A DNA stretch of 63,478 nt, counting the filler, from an uncultured Synergistales bacterium (GTDB lineage: Bacteria > Synergistota > Synergistia > Synergistales > Aminobacteriaceae): assembly GCA_937897575.1 (NCBI GenBank). It is 4 parts of 4 records of this genome, joined end to end, with 100 filler letters (N's around TTAATTAATTAA, not from the genome) between each part and the next. Parts side by side here need not be neighbours in the genome. Positions count along the whole stretch, not along the records: positions 18,655 to 32,504 come from CALCQG010000024.1; positions 32,605 to 51,566 come from CALCQG010000025.1; 2 more parts are not named here. One strand, given 5' to 3'. The position numbers and the translations under genes were made by a program. How positions within the stretch are numbered: the first letter of the stretch is position 1; each line of letters starts with the position of its first letter. Shown piece after piece: positions 28,644 through 39,691 of the stretch. The notes beneath the pieces were generated by a model. That model did no database searches. It was not told the DNA's origin and saw only the letters and a program-made list of their open reading frames with translations.

Positions 28644-29921
28644 ATGGTGTTGAACGGGAAGCTGGACTTCAAAAAGGCCCTGGTCGGCGACGGCGGACGG
28701 TTCTTCTTTCTCTTCAGCTTCGGAACCCTTCTCTGTATCTTCGGCATGACGAGGGACAGCATGCCCGTCATTCTGTCGGGGCTTTGGCGTATCGCCGCTG
28801 AACCGGACTATCTCGTCACGGACTACATCGAGGTGGGAGGGATGGGCGCCGCCTTCGTGAACAGCGGGCTCCTCGTCCTTCTCTTCACCGGCATCCTCGC
28901 CCTGATGAAGGTCAGGGTCCGCGGCATCTCCATCGCCGCCGTCTTCATCGTGTCCGGATTCGCCCTCTTCGGAAAGAACCTCCTGAACGTCTGGTTCATC
29001 CTGGGCGGCGTGTGGCTCTACGCCAAGGTCCACGGAGAACCCTTCTTCCAGTACGTCTACATCGCCTTCTTCGGCACGAGCCTCGCCCCCATCGTGAGCC
29101 AGATCATGTTCGGCATCGACCTGCCCGTCGTAGTCCGCATAGCCCTGGGCGCCGCCGCAGGCCTGGGCGCCGGGTTCGTCCTTCCCCCCCTGGCAGCGGC
29201 CCTGCTGCCCGTCCACCACGGTTTCAACCTGTACAACATGGGGTTCACGAGCGGCATGGTGGGGACCATCACCGTCTCGCTGTTCAAGTCCCACGGCTTC
29301 GTCGTGGAGCGGCGGATGATCTGGTCCACGGGGAACGACACGCTGCTCGCCTCGTTGCTCGTCGTGCTCTGTGTCTCCCTGATCACCGTGGGCTTCCGGC
29401 TGAACGGCCGGTCGGCCGCCGGGCTGTCCCCCATGTGGCGGCAGTCGGGAAAGCTCATCGCCGACTTCGTCGACATGTTCGACTTCCCCCCGACGATGAT
29501 GAACATGGGGCTGAACGGGCTCATCGGCATCGCCTACCTCCTGCTCGCGCGGTGTGATTTCAACGGCCCCACCATAGGCGGGATCTTCACCATCATGGGG
29601 TTCAGCGCCATGGGAAAGACCCCCCGCACTATCGTCCCCGTCATGTTGGGGACGGTGCTCGGCGGACTGACGAAGACCTGGAGTCTGACGGACCCTGTCG
29701 TCCAGCTCACGGCGCTCTTCAGCACCACCCTTGCCCCCATCGCCGGCGGCTTCGGATGGTGGGCGGGGGTCATCGCCGGCTACGTCCATTCGTCGGTGGT
29801 CCTCTACGTGGGCGTGCTCCACTCGGGGTTCAACCTGTACAACAACGGCTTCGCGGGAGGGCTTGTCGCCGCCGTTCTCGTCCCTCTTCTCGAGGCTTTC
29901 AGAAGGAGGTCTCAGCGATGA
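28644..29921 (+). CDS. DUF1576-family integral membrane protein
   Basis: LVTDY...GG, GFALFGKN, FGTSLAP, HHGFNLYNMGF, NGPTIG and the repeated GFNLYNNGF. Confidence 0.8.
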   Translation: MVLNGKLDFKKALVGDGGRFFFLFSFGTLLCIFGMTRDSMPVILSGLWRIAAEPDYLVTDYIEVGGMGAAFVNSGLLVLLFTGILALMKVRVRGISIAAVFIVSGFALFGKNLLNVWFILGGVWLYAKVHGEPFFQYVYIAFFGTSLAPIVSQIMFGIDLPVVVRIALGAAAGLGAGFVLPPLAAALLPVHHGFNLYNMGFTSGMVGTITVSLFKSHGFVVERRMIWSTGNDTLLASLLVVLCVSLITVGFRLNGRSAAGLSPMWRQSGKLIADFVDMFDFPPTMMNMGLNGLIGIAYLLLARCDFNGPTIGGIFTIMGFSAMGKTPRTIVPVMLGTVLGGLTKTWSLTDPVVQLTALFSTTLAPIAGGFGWWAGVIAGYVHSSVVLYVGVLHSGFNLYNNGFAGGLVAAVLVPLLEAFRRRSQR

Positions 29922-30265
29922 GAGACGAGCGTTTTGTCGTATCCCGCATCGTGAGCGAGCTCATGACGTTCTTCTTCGCCATGAACGCCCACACCTTTCA
30001 GGCCCACGTGGTGAAAAACGAGAAGCAGCATGCCATAACCATTGAATCGGACTACGAGGGCGACCAGGACAACAAGATCCGGGAAATGACCAGGCTGCTC
30101 CGCATGCCGCGGGCCCGGGAGATGGAGAACTACTCTTGGTCCCTGTCGGGCGACATCAGCACCGGACAGGAGATCTATCTCGTGGGCATCCTCACGGATA
30201 CCGTGTCCGTCGAACACGACGGCGAGGCCAAGACCGTGCGGATCGTCCTGACCAGAGAACTCTGA
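29918..30265 (+). CDS. Hypothetical protein (115 aa) coupled to DUF1576
   Basis: ATGA overlap, AAGGAGG SD and typical codon usage. Confidence 0.7.
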   Translation: MRDERFVVSRIVSELMTFFFAMNAHTFQAHVVKNEKQHAITIESDYEGDQDNKIREMTRLLRMPRAREMENYSWSLSGDISTGQEIYLVGILTDTVSVEHDGEAKTVRIVLTREL

Positions 30266-30283
30266 GGATGGAGGGAAAAGAAC

Positions 30284-31384
30284 ATGGCAAAGACGCTTTT
30301 GACCCGCGACATTCTTGAGAGCCTTCTGCTCGGGGCGTCCGTCCTGGGCGGCGGACAGGCCTCCATGAAAGAGGGGCGTGATCTGGGCGACCTCGCCCTC
30401 CGCATGGGGAGCCCCTACCTCCTGGACATCGACGACGTGGACCCCCACGGGACCATCGTGACCTGCGCCACCATCACCTGTCCGAAAGACCACGGCGCCG
30501 TGCCGTCCCCTCGGGCACGGGTCCGAAGTCTCGAGCTGCTGCTCGATGGCGGTGTCGACCACGTGGCGGGGGTGATCACCAGCGAATGCGCCGCTCATGC
30601 CGTGATCAACGGATGGATAGAGAGCGCCATGCTCGGCCTTCCCATTGTGGATGCCCCCTGTGACGGCCGCGGGCACCCTCTGGCGGAGATGGGCTCCATG
30701 AAGCTTCACCTTCAGGAGGGGTACCTCTCGGCCCAGTCCTTCGCCGGAGAGGAGCCGGAGTCGGGGGAGTACATCGAGGGCGTCATGCGGGGAGCCATCA
30801 GCACGGTCTCGTCCATGATCCGTCAGAACGCCTTCTCCATGGGCGGGTGGCTCGCCGTGGCCCGGAACCCCGTGTCGGCGGAGCACGTCAGGGACAACGG
30901 CGCCCCCGGGGCGATCCGCCGGACCATTCTTCTCGGCGAGGCCATGCGAGGGGCCACGGACAAGGGGGCCGAGGCGGTCATCGAGACGGTGGAGGAGCAG
31001 CTGCTGGCGCGGCGGGTCTATCAGGGGCCCGTCCAGACGGTGGACCGCTTCACGGCGGGGGGGATGCACTCGGGGACGGCCTTCTTCGGCGAGTACGAGC
31101 TCTCCTTCTGGAAGGAGTACATGACTCTGGAGAAAGAGGGCCGGAGGATCGCCACGTTCCCCGACCTGATCTCCGTGCTCGACGCGAACACGGGCGCCGC
31201 CGTCCCGAGCGACGCCGTGGCCCCCGGTCAGGAGGTCTGCGTTCTGGTGACGTCGCGGAGGAATTTGCTCCTCGGCGGCGGGCTCTCCTGCCCGGAGCTT
31301 CTCGAACCTCTGGAGAAGATCCTGGGCCGGGAGATCCTGGCGCACCTCGGAGAACCATGCAGCAGAGCGCCGGAAGGGGCCTGA
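30284..31384 (+). CDS. DUF917-family protein
   Basis: GASVLGGG, NGW, VDAPCDGRGHP..MGSM, VARNPV, FWKEYM and ATFPDLI motifs. Confidence 0.78.
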   Translation: MAKTLLTRDILESLLLGASVLGGGQASMKEGRDLGDLALRMGSPYLLDIDDVDPHGTIVTCATITCPKDHGAVPSPRARVRSLELLLDGGVDHVAGVITSECAAHAVINGWIESAMLGLPIVDAPCDGRGHPLAEMGSMKLHLQEGYLSAQSFAGEEPESGEYIEGVMRGAISTVSSMIRQNAFSMGGWLAVARNPVSAEHVRDNGAPGAIRRTILLGEAMRGATDKGAEAVIETVEEQLLARRVYQGPVQTVDRFTAGGMHSGTAFFGEYELSFWKEYMTLEKEGRRIATFPDLISVLDANTGAAVPSDAVAPGQEVCVLVTSRRNLLLGGGLSCPELLEPLEKILGREILAHLGEPCSRAPEGA

Positions 31385-31458
31385 CGGGGAGAGGTCTGCG
31401 AAAAAACGCATCGTTCTTCAGCCGAGGAGAGGTGAAGAAGAGCTCGAAGAGTTCGGAG

Positions 31459-31494
31459 AGGTGGACGGATCGAATGACCCGCTCCACCTTTTTT
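31459..31494 (+). terminator. Intrinsic terminator
   Basis: AGGTGGA...TCCACCT stem followed by a T-run. Confidence 0.6.
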
Positions 31495-31609
31495 CCCGTC
31501 TGAACCCCTTGCCGGACCCCGACGAAGGGCGGATGCTCCCGAAAGGAGGTGACCCGTCGAGACCGCTCCAGGCCGGTGGGGAAGGGACGCGCGGAAGGTG
31601 TTGATATAT

Positions 31610-31638
31610 TTGACACCATATATTGTCTGTGTTATCGT
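31610..31638 (+). promoter_or_regulatory. Sigma70 promoter with extended -10
   Basis: TTGACA (31610-31615), 17-bp spacer, TG-N-TATCGT. Confidence 0.6.
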
Positions 31639-31697
31639 AAAACAGCTATCCTCTATGTTCCCACGATAAAAAAACCTGCACAGCAGGAGGTGCGTTT

Positions 31698-32504
31698 ATG
31701 AAACGGGAGGAACGAGTACTGACCGGCGTCCATTTCATGCAGGGCAACTATGCCGCGGTGGAGGGCGCCATCGCCGCGGGGTGCGATTTCTTCGCGGGGT
31801 ACCCCATCACGCCGGCGAACGAGGTCTCCGAGGGCATGGCCCGCCGTCTCCCCGCCGTGGGCGGAGCCTTTCTGCAGGGGGAGGACGAACTCTGCTCCAT
31901 CTACGCGGCGGCGGGGGCGTCCCTCGCCGGAGCCAAGGCCATGACCGCGACGGCGAGCGCCGGATTCGACTACATGCAGGAGGGCATCGAGTACGCCGTG
32001 GCCGTGGAGGCTCCCATGGTGATCGTGGACGTCATGCGGTGCCGGGGCGAGAACTTCGCCACCCAGGCGGACATCATGCAGGTCCGGTGGAGCGCTGCGG
32101 GGGACCACGAGATGATCGTGCTCGCGCCGTCCACGGTGCAGGAGACCTTCGACTTCACCGTCCGCGCCTTCAACCTGGCCGAGGAGTACCGCACGCCGGT
32201 GATCGTCATCTCCGAGATGTCCCTGGCCCTCATGCGGGAGCGGCTGGAGATCCCCGAGGCGTCGGCCATCCCCGTAGTGAACCGGAGGCGGACCACGAAA
32301 TCGCCGTCGGAGTACCTGCCCTTCAAGGCGGACTCCGAGTACGGCGTCCCAGACTTCGCCGAACTCGGCACGGGGTACCGGGTCATCCACTCCATCAACC
32401 CCCACGACGAACGGGGCGACATCGAGTGGGACCCCAAGGCCTTCGAGCGCCTGTACAAGCGGATCACCGGGAAGGTCCGGGAGAACCGGAAGAAGATCGC
32501 CACT
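31698..32504 (+). CDS. 2-oxoacid:ferredoxin oxidoreductase alpha subunit, 3'-truncated
   Basis: GNYAAVEGA, FAGYPITP, QGEDE, AMTATAS and FNLAEEYRTPV motifs. Confidence 0.92.
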
Positions 32505-32604
32505 NNNNNNNNNNNNNNNNNNNNNNNNNNNNNNNNNNNNNNNNNNNNTTAATTAATTAANNNNNNNNNNNNNNNNNNNNNNNNNNNNNNNNNNNNNNNN
32601 NNNN
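32505..32604. other. Artificial contig linker
   Basis: N-run with TTAATTAATTAA. Confidence 0.98.
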
Positions 32605-32659
32605 GAGCACAACCTTGCCAAGGTTGGGGTCGCGGGTTCAAATCCCGTCTTCCGCTCCA
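32605..32659 (+). tRNA. tRNA-Gly(GCC), 5'-truncated
   Basis: Anticodon arm CAACC-TTGCCAA-GGTTG, T-arm GGTTCAAATCC, CCA end. Confidence 0.93.
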
Positions 32660-32671
32660 TTTGTTGAACAG

Positions 32672-32745
32672 GGCGGCATAGCCAAGTGGTAAGGCAGAGG
32701 ACTGCAAATCCTTTATCCCCAGTTCGAATCTGGGTGCCGCCTCCA
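32672..32745 (+). tRNA. tRNA-Cys(GCA)
   Basis: GGCGGCA/TGCCGCC acceptor stem, loop CTGCAAA, discriminator U plus CCA. Confidence 0.96.
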
Positions 32746-32769
32746 CAGCATAGTAAAAATGAAGCACAT

Positions 32770-32845
32770 TCCTCGGTAGCTCAATCGGCAGAGCGGGTGG
32801 CTGTTAACCACTAGGTTCGAGGTTCGAGTCCTCGCCGAGGAGCCA
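32770..32845 (+). tRNA. tRNA-Asn(GTT)
   Basis: TCCTCGG/CCGAGGA acceptor stem, loop CTGTTAA, GCCA end. Confidence 0.96.
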
Positions 32846-32854
32846 GATGATTTC

Positions 32855-32895
32855 CAGGCCATTCTGGATCTTTATCCGGGATGGCCTGTCCTTTT
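32855..32895 (+). terminator. Terminator of the tRNA operon
   Basis: CAGGCCATTCTGGAT/ATCCGGGATGGCCTG stem followed by TCCTTTT. Confidence 0.7.
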
Positions 32896-33171
32896 GCGGA
32901 GCGCACTACCCCAGAAAAGCGGTTGGAACCGAATCACCCTCTTTTGCGCCCCGTTTCTTCGGTATATATGACAGAAAGCAGGTACACAGATCTATGGACA
33001 AGAAACTCGTCTACATGGCCAATACGCCCTACTGGCTCCTGCCACAAGGGCATTTCCGCCCCGTCGAAAAGAGAGACGGCCGCATCGTCGATCCGGTTCT
33101 CTTCAGACGGCAGGGGGAAAGTTGGAACGACCGGCAAGAAAGCGATCGATAGCAGGAGAACTACTTCGAAT

Positions 33172-33194
33172 GGGCCCTTCGGGGCCCTTTTTTT
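33172..33194 (+). terminator. Intrinsic terminator with UUCG loop
   Basis: GGGCCC-TTCG-GGGCCC-TTTTTTT. Confidence 0.85.
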
Positions 33195-33198
33195 GTAT

Positions 33199-34536
33199 CT
33201 ATGGTTTTTCGCCTGCCAAGTTTTTCAGAGACTGCATCGCCTCAGGTGCAAGGATTCCGGCGACATAGGTTGAGAAGACGGATTTGTTCGAGAGCAGCGG
33301 CTCCCTTCGAAGCTCGGGCATCCGGGCCGCAACCTCCTCGAACATGGGCGTGTCGGGGACGGGAGAGTATTCGGCAAGTCGCGCCCTTGCCCCGCATCTC
33401 TGGACGAAACGGATGCTCTCCTCCACCGAGCGGAGAGACTGTCCCGGCAGGCCGGCGAGTATATAGGTCTCGACCCGCCGAATGTCGTACCCCGCTTCGA
33501 CGAGCTGGGCACAGGCGAACTGAAACTCCTCAGCCGTCGTCTTGTTCGATCCCCTTCTCTGGAAACCTGGGTCCGTGCTCTCGAGACTCAGGCGGATCGT
33601 GGTGAACCCTGTTCTCTTGAGCTCTTCAGCGCAGCGCCTATCGATTTCGTGTACGTGGAGTCCGTTTGGCGTGTGGTACTGAACATGAGGGAACCGTGTC
33701 CGAAGAGTCTCGCAGAGAGGGTAGAAGCGCCGCTCCTTGTTGATCAGCAGGGCGTCGTCGTAGAACGCGGCATGATGAACTCCGGGCAGCGCGAACTGGC
33801 GAGCGGCGTCGCGAAGAACCTCCCCGACGGAGCGTTCGGTGTACGACGGAGAAAGGCGTCTGGACGCACAGTACTCGCAGGCCATGGGACAGCCGAAGGA
33901 GGTCATGAGGACCCCGTAGGCGGGCGCGTCGTACAGGTCCATGGCCGGCCCGTTCAGTTCCAGTCTCAGGGGCTCCGTCTGCACCATGTCGGCGCCCGAT
34001 CGGACCGCATGAGCCGGACAGAGACGGGCATAGACGCCGCCGAGAAGAAGGGGAACGGAGGGAAAGATTTCGCGCAGATGCCCGATACACCATCGAACAC
34101 CCTCGTACCAGTAAGTCATCCCCGATGTTACGAGGATATAGTCCGGCTTCGGAAGGCAGCGAAGGCGCTGCAGGAAGGCCTCTTCATTCATCCCGAAGCG
34201 ATGATACCGCCTTGGAATATGGGCGAAAGGGGGCGGTTTTCGAACTTCCGTCCTTTCGACGCGGACTCTGCCGAAGGAGAGCGGCTCCGTCGCCCCTTCG
34301 TAAATGCAGTCCACCAAGTGGATGTCGTTGCCCTGCTCTCGCAGGGCGTCGAGGATGAAGAGCAGCCCAAGGGGTTTCGACCAGAAATCGAAGAAGGTGA
34401 AGTCGAAGGCCGGAGGGTTTATACCAAGGATCGTCGCCCCTCGAAGGCCTGAGAGTACCTCCGAGAAATCGCCCGTCTGGCACGCAGCCGTGTCTCCGTC
34501 GGCGACAGATGGTATCCTGCCCGGGAGTTTATTCAC
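33199..34536 (-). CDS. B12-binding-domain radical SAM protein
   Basis: INPP...DFWSKPLGL, TSGMTYWY, LLGGVYA, CPMACEYC (CxxxCxxC), FYDD and TPNGLH motifs. Confidence 0.85.
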   Translation of the reverse strand: MNKLPGRIPSVADGDTAACQTGDFSEVLSGLRGATILGINPPAFDFTFFDFWSKPLGLLFILDALREQGNDIHLVDCIYEGATEPLSFGRVRVERTEVRKPPPFAHIPRRYHRFGMNEEAFLQRLRCLPKPDYILVTSGMTYWYEGVRWCIGHLREIFPSVPLLLGGVYARLCPAHAVRSGADMVQTEPLRLELNGPAMDLYDAPAYGVLMTSFGCPMACEYCASRRLSPSYTERSVGEVLRDAARQFALPGVHHAAFYDDALLINKERRFYPLCETLRTRFPHVQYHTPNGLHVHEIDRRCAEELKRTGFTTIRLSLESTDPGFQRRGSNKTTAEEFQFACAQLVEAGYDIRRVETYILAGLPGQSLRSVEESIRFVQRCGARARLAEYSPVPDTPMFEEVAARMPELRREPLLSNKSVFSTYVAGILAPEAMQSLKNLAGEKP

Positions 34537-35623
34537 CTCTTCGCCCCGATTCTGCCGGTCGTTGGGGCCGATGCACTATGTTCCGCCGAAAGAGGAGCTC
34601 CCGCGCCTTGCGGCTCGCCGACGGCAGAGGGATCTCGGCGAGGGACGGGCCGTCGACCCATCGTCCCGAAAAATTCAGAGCCGACGGATCGACCCGGGAG
34701 ACCAGCCAGAGAGACAGCGTCATGGACCATCGTGTAACGGCGCACGAGAGGGCTCCGATTTTGGTCCCCACAGCGGATATTCGCCCTATTTCCTCGGGCA
34801 GACGACCCTCCAGAGGCGGCGCAGACCAGGGGAACTCCTCGAAGCCCGCCCATAACCCCTCCGTCGGACGGCTCCGGAGGAAGACAGCACCGTCCGGAGA
34901 GAGGAGGACGTAGATGTCGCCCTTCAGCGCCGTCCTTTTAACCGGGGGCGCGAGGACCGGTCGGGCCGATGTCGTCCCGTTCAACCGTGACAGGCAGACG
35001 GCGGCCAGAGGGCAGTCGGAACAGAGTGGATTTTTCGGAAGGCAGATCGTGGCCCCGAGATCCATGACGGCCTGATTGAAGTCCCCTGGCCGACGTTTGC
35101 TGATGAGTCGTTCGAAGAGACGGCGGATGGCCCTCCTTCCTGATGTTCGGTCGACGGGGTCGGCGATGTCGCCGAGACGGGAAAACACCCTCAGGGCATT
35201 GGCGTCCATGGCGGGGACAGATTGCCCGAAAGCGATGCTTGCGACGGCCGAAGCCGTGTACTCCCCGACGCCGGGCAGTCGTCTCAGATCATCGTACGTT
35301 GCGGGGAGCGCAGTCCCTCCGCCCGCGACAATGGACTGTGCCGCCCGGTGCATATTCCGGGCGCGCGAATAGTAGCCAAGGCCCTCCCAAGCCTGAATGA
35401 CCTCCTGCTCCGATGCGGCTGCGAGGTGTTGCAGCGATGGGAATCGCGTCATCCACCGGATGAAGTATTCTATGACGCGGGATGTCTGAGTCTGCTGCAG
35501 CATGACCTCGGAGACCCATACTCCATAGGGGTCCTCCGTCGCTCTCCATGGAAAGTGCCTCCTGTCCCTGTCGTACCAGTGAAGCAGGGTGGAGGACACC
35601 GCTTCTTTGATCTCCTCGTTCAT
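34529..35623 (-). CDS. mutY: A/G-specific adenine glycosylase
   Basis: WY...RR..PWR, VSEVMLQQT, WEGLGYYSRARN, HhH LPGVGEYTA, FNQAVMDLGA and the 4Fe-4S motif C-x6-C-x2-C-x5-C. Confidence 0.95.
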   Translation of the reverse strand: MNEEIKEAVSSTLLHWYDRDRRHFPWRATEDPYGVWVSEVMLQQTQTSRVIEYFIRWMTRFPSLQHLAAASEQEVIQAWEGLGYYSRARNMHRAAQSIVAGGGTALPATYDDLRRLPGVGEYTASAVASIAFGQSVPAMDANALRVFSRLGDIADPVDRTSGRRAIRRLFERLISKRRPGDFNQAVMDLGATICLPKNPLCSDCPLAAVCLSRLNGTTSARPVLAPPVKRTALKGDIYVLLSPDGAVFLRSRPTEGLWAGFEEFPWSAPPLEGRLPEEIGRISAVGTKIGALSCAVTRWSMTLSLWLVSRVDPSALNFSGRWVDGPSLAEIPLPSASRKARELLFRRNIVHRPQRPAESGRRGE

Positions 35624-35684
35624 GTCATGCCTCCAAACATGGGGTACAATGAATCCATTATACGCGGTGGAGGAGGTGTTCCCC

Positions 35685-37604
<1,920 letters not shown>

Positions 37605-37683
37605 AGAAAAACAGGGATGGAGATGCCCCTCGAAGCGAACGATCCGTTCGCTCCGAGGGGCATCTTTGTGTGCGCGCCTTCTG

Positions 37684-38556
37684 TCATGCCTCGTCTCGGG
37701 AGGCGATGTATATCCCTGCGAGAATGAGCGCTCCGCCCAGGACCTTCGGAAGAGTGACCGGCTCGCCGAGGAAGAGGGCCGCGAGGATTGTGCTGCCTAT
37801 GGGTTCGCCGAGCAGGCAGAGGGCGACGGTGCCGCCGGAGAGCCACCGAAGAGCCCAGTTGGAGCTCGAGTGGCCGAGGATCTGGGGGATGAGCGCCAGA
37901 AGCGCGAAGGCGAGCCATGTGGATCGGGAGTATCCGACGACGGGGTAGCCCGCAAGAAGCACGACGGCCCACAGGACGACGGCGGCTGTTCCGTAGATGA
38001 ACGTGACGTAGCTCCCGAGGGAGACGGAGGGACGGAGCCGCCGTCCGAGCAGAAGATAGAGGGCGGCGAAGATGCTCCCCAGCAGCGCGAGAAAGTCGCC
38101 CCAGAGCGCCGTACCACCCAGGGAGAAGTCCCCCCAGCCGATGATCGCACCGCCCGGCAGAGCGAGAAGCAGCCCCTTCTTCAGGCCAGAAGAGAAGGAG
38201 TCCTTCGTGAGAAGCGGAGAGAGGAGCCCCGTCCAGAGAGGAATGGCGTTCACGATGACCACGCTGCTCGCCACGGAGGTGTAGAAGAGGGAGGATATCC
38301 ACGTGGCGAAGTGCAGGGCGAGGAAGACGCCCGACGCCACGCCGTCCAGCAGCGCGGGGCGCGACAGGGCCGACACCTCGCGCCATGTGGTGCGGTGGGT
38401 GAAGGGCAGCAGGAAGAGGGTAGCCAGGCCGACGCGATAGGCCGATATGACGAGGGGGGGAGCGTCGGCCAGCCGGGCGAAAAGCGCGCCGGTGGAGACG
38501 GCGGAGACCCCTATGGCAAGGACGATCCAGGGCGAAAGCGGCGGTCTCTCCGTCAT
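37684..38556 (-). CDS. DMT/EamA family transporter
   Basis: About 10 TM segments; FLALHFATWISSL..TSVAS and PQILGH...EPIG motifs. Confidence 0.9.
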   Translation of the reverse strand: MTERPPLSPWIVLAIGVSAVSTGALFARLADAPPLVISAYRVGLATLFLLPFTHRTTWREVSALSRPALLDGVASGVFLALHFATWISSLFYTSVASSVVIVNAIPLWTGLLSPLLTKDSFSSGLKKGLLLALPGGAIIGWGDFSLGGTALWGDFLALLGSIFAALYLLLGRRLRPSVSLGSYVTFIYGTAAVVLWAVVLLAGYPVVGYSRSTWLAFALLALIPQILGHSSSNWALRWLSGGTVALCLLGEPIGSTILAALFLGEPVTLPKVLGGALILAGIYIASRDEA

Positions 38557-38561
38557 TCTAA

Positions 38562-39590
38562 TCAGCCTTTCGTGCCTCTGTGCCCAGTGTATACCCTATG
38601 ATGGTCCGCGAGCATCCTCCGGATGGGGAGCTGATAGGGGCATCTCGTCTCGCACAGGCCGCACGCCACGCACCGGGTCAGAGTGTCCATGGCGGAGGCG
38701 AAGGATTCAGCCGCTATGTCGGGCGAGTAGCGGCTCGCGATGAGAGGGTAGGTCATCCCCATGGTGATTGCGACGCCCTGGGGGCAGGGCTGGCAGTACT
38801 CGCACCGGCGACAGAAGGCCTGCCCCAAATCCTCGGCGATGACCTTCATGGCGTGGCGATCGTCGTCCGTCACGGTGTTCGCTTTTTCATACAGTCCGAC
38901 GATCTGCTCCACGGAGGCCACGGAGTCGAAGCCCGGGATCGGAAGGACGCCGTCGTGCGCCCTCAGGAACTTGAAGGCCAGCGCGGCGTCGGTGATGGCT
39001 CCGCCGGCGAAGGGCTTCATGGCCAGAATGCCCATGGAGCGCTCCTTTGCGAGAGGGTGCAGCCGCGTCGCCGCCTCGTCCTCGATGAAGTTGAAGGGGT
39101 ACTGGATGGAGTCGAAAAGCCCCGCCCGGACAAATTGTTCGGCCATCTCGAGGTTGTGGGTCGTGATGCCGATGAAGCGGATCTTTCCAGCATCCCGTGC
39201 CGCCGCGACGGCCTCCATGGCTCCTCCGGGCGCGGCGAGAGCCTCCCATTCGACGTCCTGGACAACTTGGTGGAACTGATAGAGGTCGATATAGTCCGTC
39301 CTCAGCTGTCTGAGGCTGAGGTCGATGTGCTGAGCCGCCCCTGCGGCCGAACGCTCCCTGGTCTTCGTCGCAATGAAGACCTTATCCCGCATGGGCGAGA
39401 GCGCTCTTCCCATCTTCTCTTCACTGTCCCGGTAGGCGTTCGCCGTGTCATAAAAAGTGATCCCGAGGTCGTAGGCCCTCTTCAGGACCCGATCCGCCTC
39501 ATCGGCAGAGAGTCGAACGATGGGGATGCCACCGAATCCGAGAACCGAGACGGAGCACCCCGTCGCGCCGAAGTTCATGGACTGCATCAT
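38562..39590 (-). CDS. Aldo/keto reductase with C-terminal 2x[4Fe-4S] domain
   Basis: LGFGGIP, DTANAY, ATK, LRTDYIDLYQFH, CRRCEYCQPCP and CVACGLCETRCP motifs. Confidence 0.92.
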   Translation of the reverse strand: MMQSMNFGATGCSVSVLGFGGIPIVRLSADEADRVLKRAYDLGITFYDTANAYRDSEEKMGRALSPMRDKVFIATKTRERSAAGAAQHIDLSLRQLRTDYIDLYQFHQVVQDVEWEALAAPGGAMEAVAAARDAGKIRFIGITTHNLEMAEQFVRAGLFDSIQYPFNFIEDEAATRLHPLAKERSMGILAMKPFAGGAITDAALAFKFLRAHDGVLPIPGFDSVASVEQIVGLYEKANTVTDDDRHAMKVIAEDLGQAFCRRCEYCQPCPQGVAITMGMTYPLIASRYSPDIAAESFASAMDTLTRCVACGLCETRCPYQLPIRRMLADHHRVYTGHRGTKG

Positions 39591-39652
39591 GTACCCCCCT
39601 TTCACACCGTATGGAATAGAGGATATCAGATATCGGGCCTGCCCGAAAGCAT

Positions 39653-39677
39653 AAAAAAAGGCCCCTGCCGGGGCCTT
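39653..39677 (-). terminator. Intrinsic terminator after the phytase-like gene
   Basis: AAGGCCCC/GGGGCCTT stem; A7 on the + strand gives the U-tract on the - strand. Confidence 0.75.
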
Positions 39678-39691
39678 CAGGAGATCTGTCG

